DNA of 29,899 bases. It comes from a virus (Duplodnaviria; Caudoviricetes). Positions 1 to 8,029 of this stretch are shown piece after piece; the first letter of the stretch is position 1; each line of letters starts with the position of its first letter. Below the pieces are notes generated by a model. The model was not told where the DNA came from. It searched no databases and saw only the letters and a list, made by a program, of their open reading frames with translations. A program made the position numbers and the translations under genes. The stretch lies in the IMG/VR virus record IMGVR_UViG_3300012172_000013, positions 1 to 29,899 of that record. One strand, 5' to 3'.

Positions 1-1058
1 CAGAAGTGTAAGTAGCCCTCTTTGTCTATATCGTCTTCTATATCGCCGTACACGCTATCCAGCTTTTGGAGCTTGTTGTACTCTAGGAGGTCAGGGATAA
101 ACTCCGGTAGGTCTTCTGTATACTGCTTGAGGGATACCTTATCAACTGCCGGCTTACCACTCTGGGTAACTCTAGTAGGAGTTAGCCTGAGAAGATCAAA
201 TAACAAATGCCGTATATCGTCGTCTTTCGTCGGGCAGAATGGCTCTGGCTTAGACCACCCCCTCCCAACCGCGCCGGCTATAAGCTTAATATGAACTTGC
301 GCCATATTAATAGCCGTGCCAGTCTTAAATGCTGTTAGGTACTCTCGATCAACCTTAGCGCCAGCTAGCCCTATACGATACAGAGTCATACTAATACGAT
401 GCAATGTTTCTACTAACAAGCGCGTCTGTACATCCCAAGCTAACTTAGGGTAAAGCTTCTTCGCTAGCATGAGCGTAGCCCAGGCGTCCAACCTACATCT
501 CTGAACACGCTGCTTTGGCGTCCAGTCCGTTGCGTCATGGGTCTCTTTGAACTTCTCGTCGGTCTCTGCTTTCCAGGGCGGTACGTTGTAGCTGGTCAGC
601 ATTAATGGCTCTAGGCCATATGACCCACGTGGTTTATTCTCATCTTCAAGCTTAGCAAGGACCATCGTGTCGATGATCTTCTTACCCTTATACCAGTCAT
701 CTTTTACCACACGACCATTCTTTGCTAGATGATCTATGTCACCAGGGATATTATGGCCTACTAACCAGTCTGTCGCCTGTAATGACTTGTTCTCTAGCGC
801 GGACTTACGCCCTTCCCACTCACCATTAACCTCATGCGCCCAAGCGCCAGTGCTACCAGCTAGGCCAATAGTCAGCAGCCTGAAATCAGGATCATACTCG
901 GTATCTATGCCCTTCACTGGCTCTTTATCCGGCCACAATTCCTTGGGCAACGGAGTAGCGGGAGCAGCAAGCATCTTAAGATCGTTGATGATATGCTGCT
1001 CGTGATAAACAGCCCCCTCTAACACCTTGTCTATCCCGTATGTGACTCTTACTTTCAT
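1..1058 (-). CDS. polA: Family A DNA polymerase, N-terminal part (3'-5' exonuclease + start of polymerase domain); runs off the left edge
   Basis: Not in ORF track; hand translation from ATG at 1058: MKVRVTYGIDKVLEG...GIDTEYD (ExoI)...LVGHNIPGD (ExoII)...IDTMVLAKL...RCRLDAWAT (ExoIII-like)...GAKVDREYL...TQSGKPAVDK...LLEYNKLQKL (thumb); open to position 1; ATGA overlap with upstream ORF. Confidence 0.92.
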   Translation of the reverse strand, partial: MKVRVTYGIDKVLEGAVYHEQHIINDLKMLAAPATPLPKELWPDKEPVKGIDTEYDPDFRLLTIGLAGSTGAWAHEVNGEWEGRKSALENKSLQATDWLVGHNIPGDIDHLAKNGRVVKDDWYKGKKIIDTMVLAKLEDENKPRGSYGLEPLMLTSYNVPPWKAETDEKFKETHDATDWTPKQRVQRCRLDAWATLMLAKKLYPKLAWDVQTRLLVETLHRISMTLYRIGLAGAKVDREYLTAFKTGTAINMAQVHIKLIAGAVGRGWSKPEPFCPTKDDDIRHLLFDLLRLTPTRVTQSGKPAVDKVSLKQYTEDLPEFIPDLLEYNKLQKLDSVYGDIEDDIDKEGYLHF

Positions 1059-1237
1059 TCGCGCCACCCTTCGCGCCACGCCCAGTGTATAACTAGGAAG
1101 TCGTCTAACGCATCCGTATCGTCAGAGTAACGGTGGCCCTTCTTCGCCGCTAACTCTTTCATCTGTCTTATAGCTTCCTTTTCAGTAATCCTTGTGCGCT
1201 GGGTGCCATCAGGAGCAGGAGTATCGTAGACGATCAT
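1055..1237 (-). CDS. Hypothetical protein (60 aa)
   Basis: ORF track; tightly packed between neighbours, stop overlaps polymerase start. Confidence 0.75.
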   Translation of the reverse strand: MIVYDTPAPDGTQRTRITEKEAIRQMKELAAKKGHRYSDDTDALDDFLVIHWAWREGWRE

Positions 1238-1239
1238 AC

Positions 1240-1800
1240 CTATCTCCCGTTGTCGCTCTTGCCATTAGGAGAGCCATCATTACCGCCGTTACCAAAACCA
1301 TTATTACCGTGACCATGACTTGTCGCTGGGGGCGTATTAGTATTAGTAGTAGTAGTAGTAGTAGTGACACCACCAGTCATACTCTGGCTCTGGGATTGAT
1401 TAAGATTCTGTACACCAGAGTAGTAACCTTCGGCGTTGTTAGTGTTAGCGTTGTTAATCTCCAGCGTGTTACTAGCATTCGCCGCCGCCTTAGCTGCACG
1501 CGCTGCCCCATTAGCGATAAGAGCCGCGCCCCCGAGAGTACCACCAGCCCGGAAAGCTTCCACTGTGAGGTCACAGTGCAGTGCATTACCGCGAGCGTCT
1601 TTAGAGTCGATAAGCTTACCGTCCAGCCACGTCTGTGTTACATTCATAGTACCACAGTCTGCGAAGCGTACATCACTCCGATGGCGAACAACATCAATCT
1701 TCATACCGTTAGATAGCGTGACTTCGTTGATAGTCGAGTAAGCATAACATCCTTGTAAAGCCAGCCCTGCCACTAGCACTGTTATAATCGAAGCTTTCAT
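1240..1800 (-). CDS. Predicted lipoprotein with low-complexity Asn/Thr/Gly tail
   Basis: AGGAG RBS; signal MKASIITVLVAGLALQG-C (lipobox); C-terminal TTTTTTT and GNNGFGNGGNDG. Confidence 0.8.
   Translation of the reverse strand: MKASIITVLVAGLALQGCYAYSTINEVTLSNGMKIDVVRHRSDVRFADCGTMNVTQTWLDGKLIDSKDARGNALHCDLTVEAFRAGGTLGGAALIANGAARAAKAAANASNTLEINNANTNNAEGYYSGVQNLNQSQSQSMTGGVTTTTTTTNTNTPPATSHGHGNNGFGNGGNDGSPNGKSDNGR
1345..1365. repeat. (AGT)7 microsatellite encoding poly-Thr
   Basis: Read directly from sequence. Confidence 0.95.
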
Positions 1801-1828
1801 ATCTCTCCTTCTGGTTATTGGTTAATAT

Positions 1829-2035
1829 TTAAACATCAATCTCAGTCACTTCTGGTTCCTCGATACTAGCAATCACCTTGCGCCGGATATCCAGTATAGC
1901 CTCTTCCTTAGTCGGCTTAAACGAGCATAAGAAAGCAGCAGTGCCCCACCAACCACGCTTAAAGTTAACAGTTGCGCACCAGCGTATCTCAGGCGCTAAG
2001 TCTGGATGCTCAGTTACTTTCACTAGAATTTTCAT
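1829..2035 (-). CDS. Hypothetical protein, possibly HicB-N-like fold
   Basis: 68 aa; beta strands then PTKEEAILDIRRKV, resembling the T-x-EEA helix of HicB-like proteins; GAGG RBS. Confidence 0.55.
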   Translation of the reverse strand: MKILVKVTEHPDLAPEIRWCATVNFKRGWWGTAAFLCSFKPTKEEAILDIRRKVIASIEEPEVTEIDV

Positions 2036-2393
2036 TTCCTCTTTCCTCCTTCTGGTTAGGGTTAGTATTCTGCTCCTTAGATTTCTTCTTTATGTCTTTG
2101 ACTCCAAACTTAAACTCATAATCCCTCCCACGCATCTTATTGATATTAACTGAGCTAGTATCGAGCACCAACCTAGCCGCTGTCTCACCGGCTGCGAAAA
2201 TATAATCAAAGCCGGCCCCGGCGATATAGTCAAACTCCTGCTCTTTCACCTTACGTAGGAATTTCATGCTAGGCTTACTTTCGATCTCATTAAACAAATA
2301 AGCCAGCTCATAGTCTTTAATGTCTGCTCTCGCGAGCAAGTTCCTCATAGGAGCTAGCTCTGATTCTTCAGCTACTACTACTAGGAGCCTCAC
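2010..2393 (-). CDS. Degenerate uracil-DNA-glycosylase-like (family 4 fold) N-terminal fragment
   Basis: YIFAAGETAARLVLDTSSVNINKMRGR matches the UDG4-like 'ivalG..A...ll....i...RG' segment; no Fe-S cysteines or GEAPG motif; the terminal TYHP strand is absent. Confidence 0.65.
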   Translation of the reverse strand: MRLLVVVAEESELAPMRNLLARADIKDYELAYLFNEIESKPSMKFLRKVKEQEFDYIAGAGFDYIFAAGETAARLVLDTSSVNINKMRGRDYEFKFGVKDIKKKSKEQNTNPNQKEERGNENSSESN

Positions 2394-2396
2394 TCT

Positions 2397-2699
2397 TTAC
2401 TTCCCCTTCACCTTGTTAATCTCGGCACGTAGTGCGGCGATTTCCTCTAGCCCTTGCTCGAACCTATCCCGCTCGAAAACTAACTGCCGCATAGAATAGT
2501 TAGTCTGTACGGCCAAAGATTCCTTAAGCCGCTTGATTTCAGCTGCTTGATGATCTAGGGCATCTCTTAGTGACTTGTTAAGCGCGTCCGCTGTTGCAAG
2601 TAAACTATCCCGCTGGCGCAGCCAGGCGGCGACGGCGGGACGTGCCCACCACGCGCTAGGCAACAACTCTTCCGCGTCTTTATCGGCTTGGTCGGTCAT
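2397..2699 (-). CDS. Hypothetical coiled-coil protein
   Basis: ORF track; heptad pattern; ATGA overlap with primase. Confidence 0.75.
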   Translation of the reverse strand: MTDQADKDAEELLPSAWWARPAVAAWLRQRDSLLATADALNKSLRDALDHQAAEIKRLKESLAVQTNYSMRQLVFERDRFEQGLEEIAALRAEINKVKGK

Positions 2700-3316
2700 A
2701 CTGAACCCCCTAATAACTTCTCACGCTCCCATCGTGGCATAGCGGCTAGGTCTTTGTTCGTAGGCGTTATCACTTCAAAATCTCTACCTTCCTCGTATAA
2801 CAGAGACACAAGAGAGATATTATCACGGTCTGGTATAATAAGCCATTTAGTAAACCCTAGAATTTCAGACTGTCTGTGCATATAATCTAGAACTTCTCCG
2901 CTCGGGCAGCCGCCCATGATCGCAATACTAGGGTAGAACTCAGCAGCAGCAAGCGCGTCCATAGGCCCTTCAGTTATTACAACTATCTTACTAACTGTGA
3001 AAGTCTTCTTAGGTGGCCATAGTAGTACGATAGAATCTTTCCTAGGAACAGCAGGCGAATCGTACCGTAGCTCGTTATCATCCATCGCTCGGGCTTGCCA
3101 GTAGTTAAATCCAGCGTTATTAGTACAGGGAATAACCACACGTGGCCCCCTTGTCCTAGTCGGATACCAGCCATTCTGCCTAGCCAAATCATAATCTAGC
3201 TCCCGGTCATGTAGATACGCAAACATCATTGGGTTAAGGTTAGGTGCATAATCTGGCATGGGGGTATGAACTATATCCCGAGGTTCTTTACGCTCTTTGT
3301 ACTCATGCTCATACAT
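2696..3316 (-). CDS. DnaG-type primase, catalytic/TOPRIM domain only
   Basis: AYLHDRE, RVVIP, YWQAR, RYDSP, ITEGPMDAL, IIPDRD, KDL motifs; no N-terminal Zn-binding domain. Confidence 0.85.
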   Translation of the reverse strand: MYEHEYKERKEPRDIVHTPMPDYAPNLNPMMFAYLHDRELDYDLARQNGWYPTRTRGPRVVIPCTNNAGFNYWQARAMDDNELRYDSPAVPRKDSIVLLWPPKKTFTVSKIVVITEGPMDALAAAEFYPSIAIMGGCPSGEVLDYMHRQSEILGFTKWLIIPDRDNISLVSLLYEEGRDFEVITPTNKDLAAMPRWEREKLLGGSV

Positions 3317-3458
3317 TTTTAGATACCCCGCAGACTGTGCATCGACGGCCCTTATCTTTGTCGACTTTAGGGGCCTTGTTATGTACTCTCATCCCTTTCC
3401 CGTACTTTTTATCCTGGTACTCATGCGGGCAGGTACATTTTTCAATCGTGACTGCCAT
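3309..3458 (-). CDS. Small Zn-finger protein (49 aa)
   Basis: AAGGAG RBS before ATG 3458; CTCPH...RCTVCG. Confidence 0.75.
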   Translation of the reverse strand: MAVTIEKCTCPHEYQDKKYGKGMRVHNKAPKVDKDKGRRCTVCGVSKNV

Positions 3459-3714
3459 TGCCAGCTCCTTTCTCGATAGCCCTATCAGCGAGTACGCTAT
3501 CATATGCTATATCAGGCTGTCTGCCCATGTTCCGTTTCCGGTCTATCAGCATATTCTTAATAAGCTTCCTTATGTATGCCCTAGACACATGAGTAGCCTT
3601 TGACTGTAGTAGCCTGACGCTGATATCCTGTATCATGTCTTCTTTATCCTCTAGGGATACATAGCGTTTATAACCTACCTCACGCTTAATGAGCTGATAG
3701 TCTGCGGAGTCCAT
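3442..3714 (-). CDS. Sigma70/ECF region-2-only protein (90 aa)
   Basis: EDKEDMIQDISVRLL (region 2.2) and AYIRKLIKNMLIDRKR (2.3-2.4); no region 4 HTH. Confidence 0.75.
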   Translation of the reverse strand: MDSADYQLIKREVGYKRYVSLEDKEDMIQDISVRLLQSKATHVSRAYIRKLIKNMLIDRKRNMGRQPDIAYDSVLADRAIEKGAGNGSHD

Positions 3715-3737
3715 TGTTAGGTTTCATATCCATTTCC

Positions 3738-3974
3738 TTAGTGTAGTAGCACAACACGCGCATAGTTAGATTCTAAGTATGATTTAATAGTTGTCAAGGT
3801 CTTGTTAAGGGCTATAACTTCTTCCTCTATAGGCAAAGCTTCTCTAAGCTTACCGTCTTTTAGCAAGCAAAGCGCTTTGATAATCTTGTCGTCCATTTCT
3901 ACCCTCAAATGGTCTGCTAGTGTCTGGATTGACACAAGAATTTCACTTCTCTCTACTCTGCTTAGCTCAAGCAT
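3738..3974 (-). CDS. Hypothetical helical protein
   Basis: ORF track; starts directly after integrase stop. Confidence 0.7.
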   Translation of the reverse strand: MLELSRVERSEILVSIQTLADHLRVEMDDKIIKALCLLKDGKLREALPIEEEVIALNKTLTTIKSYLESNYARVVLLH

Positions 3975-5105
3975 TTAATCGTCTGCCTTTCTAGTGATAG
4001 TTCGCCATAGCCTGGTGAAAAATCCTTGCTGTTCTACTGGCTTAGCCTTGGGTTGTTGACTCGAAATCAGGTAATCGCTAACGCGGTTCGCGGGTTCGAA
4101 TCCCGCCCTCTCCGCCATAACTTCTGGTAACCCCTGCTGATTTTCAGTAGCCATGCCCACTTGTGGGATAGCCACTGTAAGTTCTTCGCTATCCTTGTCC
4201 AAGTATGCCTCGACTTGCTTGACCGCGTTCCTAACACTTTCTATTGAATGCTGATTATAATTATTATAAATCGTGTCCGTCTTATGCCCTGTGATCTTCT
4301 TGCCAGTCTCTTTATCTACTCCGGCGCGATTCAGGTTAGTAGTGCAGCTCCTACGGAGATTGTGGAAAAAATGCTCTTTGTTTTCGATCTTCGCTAGATC
4401 GCATACAGTAGAACAGATTCGCCGGATACTCCGTACTGGCTTACCAGACCTATGAAACAACAACCCATCAGGACTAGGATGAACTAGCCTACGCTCAATC
4501 ATATGCCAAACCTTGCCCTCAAGCGGATATATCTTAGGGCGTTTATTCTTATGCTTGCTCCGTGGTAGGACCGCTAGCTTCTCTTGTGGCTTTATCCAGT
4601 CCTTGTGTAACCCAAGGCACTCACGCAAGCGCCAGCCTGAGTAATACGCGAACAGGACTATGTCTGCCGTAACTTCGCCGTCATAGTTTCGGCCAGCTCC
4701 TAGCTGGCGGCAAGCATCCTGGAACTTTAAAAACTCATCATGCTCATAGTGGCCTTCCCTAGGCTCTGGCTCGGGATATAGTTTAATAACTGGCTTACGT
4801 TCGACTAACTCATCTTCTATGCCTAGCGTGAAAGCCCGCTTGAGTATTGCCAGCTCTCGATTGACTGTCACTTCGCTAGCCCCCTCTTTCTTGCGTGTGC
4901 TTTTATAATCCTCAACATGGCTCTTACGGACATGCTCGGCGATTCTCGCTCCAAGCTTTGGCGCTAGCTGGTTCCGTATGTACATGTCAACCAAGGGCTT
5001 GCTACGCTTGCCGTTTATCTCATAGTCGCGCTGCACTAGCTTTAACAAGTCTGATACTCTGGCTCCAGGGGCTTTCATCTTAGCTCCACATTCTCCGCAG
5101 TGCAT
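3975..5105 (-). CDS. int: Tyrosine integrase
   Basis: Core-binding domain (TVNRELAILKRAF); catalytic R (SGWRLRE), K (KHKNK), HxxR (HNLRR), H (TGHK), Y (YNNYN). Confidence 0.95.
   Translation of the reverse strand: MHCGECGAKMKAPGARVSDLLKLVQRDYEINGKRSKPLVDMYIRNQLAPKLGARIAEHVRKSHVEDYKSTRKKEGASEVTVNRELAILKRAFTLGIEDELVERKPVIKLYPEPEPREGHYEHDEFLKFQDACRQLGAGRNYDGEVTADIVLFAYYSGWRLRECLGLHKDWIKPQEKLAVLPRSKHKNKRPKIYPLEGKVWHMIERRLVHPSPDGLLFHRSGKPVRSIRRICSTVCDLAKIENKEHFFHNLRRSCTTNLNRAGVDKETGKKITGHKTDTIYNNYNQHSIESVRNAVKQVEAYLDKDSEELTVAIPQVGMATENQQGLPEVMAERAGFEPANRVSDYLISSQQPKAKPVEQQGFFTRLWRTITRKADD
4057..4117 (+). other. attP core: 3' portion of a tRNA-Ser(CGA) gene
   Basis: Anticodon loop CTCGAAA (CGA 4062-4064), long variable arm AATCGC/GCGGTT, T-arm GCGGG-TTCGAAT-CCCGC, acceptor strand CCTCTCC-G-CCA; no 5' half (GGAGAGG, D-arm) upstream. 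Confidence 0.9.
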
Positions 5106-5202
5106 AGTAACCGCGCACTAGAGCAATAGATCGGCCATGTACCAAAAACATAACTCGCCGCGATTCTATGAATTTTTACGTGTAGCATAATTTGTCAATC
5201 CG

Positions 5203-5655
5203 TCAAATTGATGCCACTAATTGGCTATCTGGATTTTCCTTGCCGCGTGATTTGTAAAACCCTACGCCTTTTTGGTATGTGATTTGGTGTGCACCGTCTT
5301 TGCTCCACTTCTTTAGCAAACTGTGAATATACGCATACAGCGAAGAATCTTTGCCCTGCACACCATACTCGGCTTTCAGAGTCTTGATAGCCGAGCCTAC
5401 GTTGACTACATCATCGTATTTCAGTGATGCGATATAGTCTGTTACTTGCTTGGATAAATTCAGATTGTAACGGACTACTGGTTTAGCCGTAACTTTCTCC
5501 TGGTCTCTTAGTGCATGCTTCCCCTCTAGCATGCGCGGAGCATCACCAAGAACGCGAATCATTTCTTGTACTTCCCGTAATTCCCCTTCCAGCTCGCCCT
5601 TGCGCCCGAGTAGACGTTTCCGTAATGCTTCTATATGCTCCGAATCCGTCACCAT
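5203..5655 (-). CDS. Hypothetical protein: N-terminal coiled coil + possible winged-helix domain
   Basis: ORF track; heptads, then helices ending in a beta-wing-like ITYQKGVGFY. Confidence 0.65.
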   Translation of the reverse strand: MVTDSEHIEALRKRLLGRKGELEGELREVQEMIRVLGDAPRMLEGKHALRDQEKVTAKPVVRYNLNLSKQVTDYIASLKYDDVVNVGSAIKTLKAEYGVQGKDSSLYAYIHSLLKKWSKDGAHQITYQKGVGFYKSRGKENPDSQLVASI

Positions 5656-5677
5656 ATCCCTATCCCCCTTCCTGGTT

Positions 5678-5893
5678 TTATTCGTCCGCTGGGTTTACAC
5701 TGCCCTTTATTGTTAAGCCAATTAACCCCGCTTTTAACCCAGCAAGCCACGCCTGTTGTAAAGCCAACCTAATCTGTCCCGCTTGCTCTATCACATCATC
5801 GGGGCATCTGAGACCATCTATACCACAATAACGGCAATGTGCGATAGTTGCAATCGCCTTTGCTACCTCATTGAAGTTAGGCAAGCTTGTCAT
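5678..5893 (-). CDS. Hypothetical protein (HCxxC)
   Basis: ATG 5893 after GGGGG RBS, ATGA overlap. Confidence 0.65.
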   Translation of the reverse strand: MTSLPNFNEVAKAIATIAHCRYCGIDGLRCPDDVIEQAGQIRLALQQAWLAGLKAGLIGLTIKGSVNPADE

Positions 5894-6021
5894 ATATCCC
5901 CCCAATAGTCAAACGCTGGTTTCTCCTGATCAGCAGAAGCTAACATAATCCGCATTTGGTCATATGTCAAGCCCTTCTTAGCTGGAAATAGTTTCGATAA
6001 TATATATGCGATTAGCCTCAT
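5890..6021 (-). CDS. Small hypothetical protein (43 aa, MRLIAYILSK...)
   Basis: Hand translation; ATGA overlaps at both ends. Confidence 0.6.
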   Translation of the reverse strand: MRLIAYILSKLFPAKKGLTYDQMRIMLASADQEKPAFDYWGDI

Positions 6022-6209
6022 CGTTTCATCCTCCTGGATATTTTACTAGCGGCAAGCGTACCGATTAGAAATAACCGCTTAAACTCCACAAGAGCTGGTT
6101 TCTGGACTTCATATGCTCCTGTATCGTCTATCTGGTAGTTTGCGTATAACTTTGCTAACTCCGCCTTACCGGCCTTACCGATCAATGCTGTGTACTTTGG
6201 TAATTTCAT
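6018..6209 (-). CDS. Hypothetical protein (MKLPKY...)
   Basis: GGAGG RBS before ATG 6209. Confidence 0.7.
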   Translation of the reverse strand: MKLPKYTALIGKAGKAELAKLYANYQIDDTGAYEVQKPALVEFKRLFLIGTLAASKISRRMKR

Positions 6210-6327
6210 CTTTACCTCCATCTTTTGGTCTGAACACACCAAATATTCCTAGTGACCATATCAAACGGCCCTTTCCCCAGCCATAATCTGAGATAAGGAG
6301 CAGATACAGAAAATCATTTATAGTCAT
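6175..6327 (-). CDS. Small hypothetical protein (50 aa)
   Basis: Hand translation MTINDFLYLLL...; GGGAG RBS. Confidence 0.55.
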   Translation of the reverse strand: MTINDFLYLLLISDYGWGKGRLIWSLGIFGVFRPKDGGKDEITKVHSIDR

Positions 6328-6455
6328 TTAAACTCCCTGAGCAGAGTCGTGCCCGCTATAAGTAACACCATGCCTACACCTATTAATGGGTCTAGTGTAA
6401 CTGCTAGTATAAATGCAGACCCTACTGTAATGAGTAGTAAAGCAAGCTTATACAT
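6324..6455 (-). CDS. Small two-TM membrane protein (43 aa)
   Basis: MYKLALLLITVGSAFILAVTLDPLIGVGMVLLIAGTTLLREFK; GGAGG RBS. Confidence 0.65.
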   Translation of the reverse strand: MYKLALLLITVGSAFILAVTLDPLIGVGMVLLIAGTTLLREFK

Positions 6456-6456
6456 G

Positions 6457-6609
6457 TCACGCCTCCACCGTAGCAAGGACTCTACGTATACGTTCAAGCA
6501 ATTGCGTTGATGGTAGGTCTATCCCTTCCCGAATGCCGGTTAAGTTTAACTCTGCGGCTTTTAACAAGCCAAGCAGCTCTGCTATAACTTCGATTGTCTT
6601 ATCATTCAT
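6457..6609 (-). CDS. Small hypothetical protein (50 aa)
   Basis: Hand translation MNDKTIEVIAELL...; GGAGG RBS. Confidence 0.65.
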   Translation of the reverse strand: MNDKTIEVIAELLGLLKAAELNLTGIREGIDLPSTQLLERIRRVLATVEA

Positions 6610-6621
6610 ATAACCTCCATG

Positions 6622-7116
6622 TTAGTATGCTGGTATTACTCCACAAGGGCAAAGGATTGTCTTTGTTGCCAGTAATATCCAATAGTCTTTAGCCGACATA
6701 GGCCCATCTTGGTTACCGCAGTACATCTTGCCCCGTTCATACGCTGCTATATGTCCACCAGCCTGGCTTTTCAGCCTAGTGCACATTAGCACCGCGCCTT
6801 TGCCTTCTGAAGTCTTCAGCCTATAGTCGTTATAGCTCATAAATAGCCCCCTTGTTGCTACATCTATAGCATTCACAGGCCGTACATGGTCAAGCAGGTA
6901 AGGTGCGTACTTGCGACATATAGCGCGGTATGTAAGGGTTACTTCATCAAGTATGTTGGGGTCTGGCGTTGGATTAGATGCTAGAAAACTGGCCCAGTCA
7001 TGCCTTGTTGTACTGGTTATTTGGAATTCTGCAATAATAGCATCAACGTCCATGTCATTTAGCATCGCGATAACAGTAGGAAAACATTCGTTAAGGCGTT
7101 GTTTTATGTGTCGCAT
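6622..7116 (-). CDS. Putative papain-fold (C39-like) cysteine peptidase
   Basis: IKQRLNECFPTVIAM (Q...C) and GHIAAYE (catalytic His); third catalytic residue unclear. Confidence 0.6.
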   Translation of the reverse strand: MRHIKQRLNECFPTVIAMLNDMDVDAIIAEFQITSTTRHDWASFLASNPTPDPNILDEVTLTYRAICRKYAPYLLDHVRPVNAIDVATRGLFMSYNDYRLKTSEGKGAVLMCTRLKSQAGGHIAAYERGKMYCGNQDGPMSAKDYWILLATKTILCPCGVIPAY

Positions 7117-7179
7117 ATATAGCCCCCCTTGTTCTATGTGTCGTATATACAGCTATCTGTTGTTTTATGTGTCGCATAC
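7099..7179. repeat. Three tandem ~21-bp imperfect repeats, period 30-31 bp
   Basis: TTGTTYTATGTGTCGYATA at 7099, 7129, 7160. Confidence 0.9.
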
Positions 7180-7183
7180 AGGG

Positions 7184-8029
7184 CTATACGTGGAATTCCA
7201 CCCCGTAACGTCTAAGCGTTTCGATTAACCATTTTTTTGTCTCTTCAAGGCCACTCCATGCCGGTAAATGCCAGCTCGCACATCCGATATAAATATCCTT
7301 CTCGCCGATATCTGATTTCTCAATCTCGCGTGGTGTTCCGTACGAAGAACCGATATCAATTTTACCACGGACCTGGGCATTCTCGCGTTCCATAGTAGCA
7401 AACTGTAAGCGCCGGAAGGCGCTAGGGTCGGTAAGGAAAAAGGCTAGTCTATCCATTTCAACAGTTTGCTCGAAAGCTTTCAGGATCACACTATGCTGCA
7501 AATGGTAGCCGCTGCCCTCTACAGCATAAGCAAGCTTGACTGCTACCCTATAACCATGTAATTGTAGAATATCCACTAATGCGAATACTGCTGCCCCCCG
7601 TTTCTCCATTACTGGGAGGCTAACCCCACAGCTAGCTGTACCATTAAGGATAACGCTGACGAACTTTTTCGACTCGACCGGGGAGACTACGTTACATACT
7701 TCTGGAATCCCTTTGCAATAGTTATCCAGTAGAAAGTTACCACCCGCATAGCGTTGCGGCTTATACCCGCGTTTCATGCCTTTAACAGTGCGTAGGAATG
7801 GAGTTAGCTGCATACTTAACTTCCGAGCCTCAGCTAATCCCTGCGGGTATCCCTTCGTATAACGCTTTTTAGTCTCATCTAAACTATCTGAACCAGCAAA
7901 AGCAGCAGTGTTAGATATGCTCTGCATCTTACTCTGGTCTATGTCTGTCGGACCTAGGCTCCAAGTGTAGTACTCTGCTATGTTATCAAAGTAGCGTTTA
8001 GTTTTATTTGCTTCTTCTATAACTTGCAT
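7184..8029 (-). CDS. vWA-like (CobT-like) partner of AAA ATPase
   Basis: VSVILNGTASCGVS (degenerate MIDAS), RGAAVFALVDILQLHGYRV, FRRLQF, YGTP; adjacent to AAA gene. Confidence 0.7.
   Translation of the reverse strand: MQVIEEANKTKRYFDNIAEYYTWSLGPTDIDQSKMQSISNTAAFAGSDSLDETKKRYTKGYPQGLAEARKLSMQLTPFLRTVKGMKRGYKPQRYAGGNFLLDNYCKGIPEVCNVVSPVESKKFVSVILNGTASCGVSLPVMEKRGAAVFALVDILQLHGYRVAVKLAYAVEGSGYHLQHSVILKAFEQTVEMDRLAFFLTDPSAFRRLQFATMERENAQVRGKIDIGSSYGTPREIEKSDIGEKDIYIGCASWHLPAWSGLEETKKWLIETLRRYGVEFHV

Noticed and set aside
4021-4117. Complete tRNA-Ser gene
   Set aside because: 5' acceptor strand and D-arm are missing; interpreted as att core
7099-7179. CRISPR array
   Set aside because: Spacers only ~10 bp, repeats encode a gene start, no cas genes
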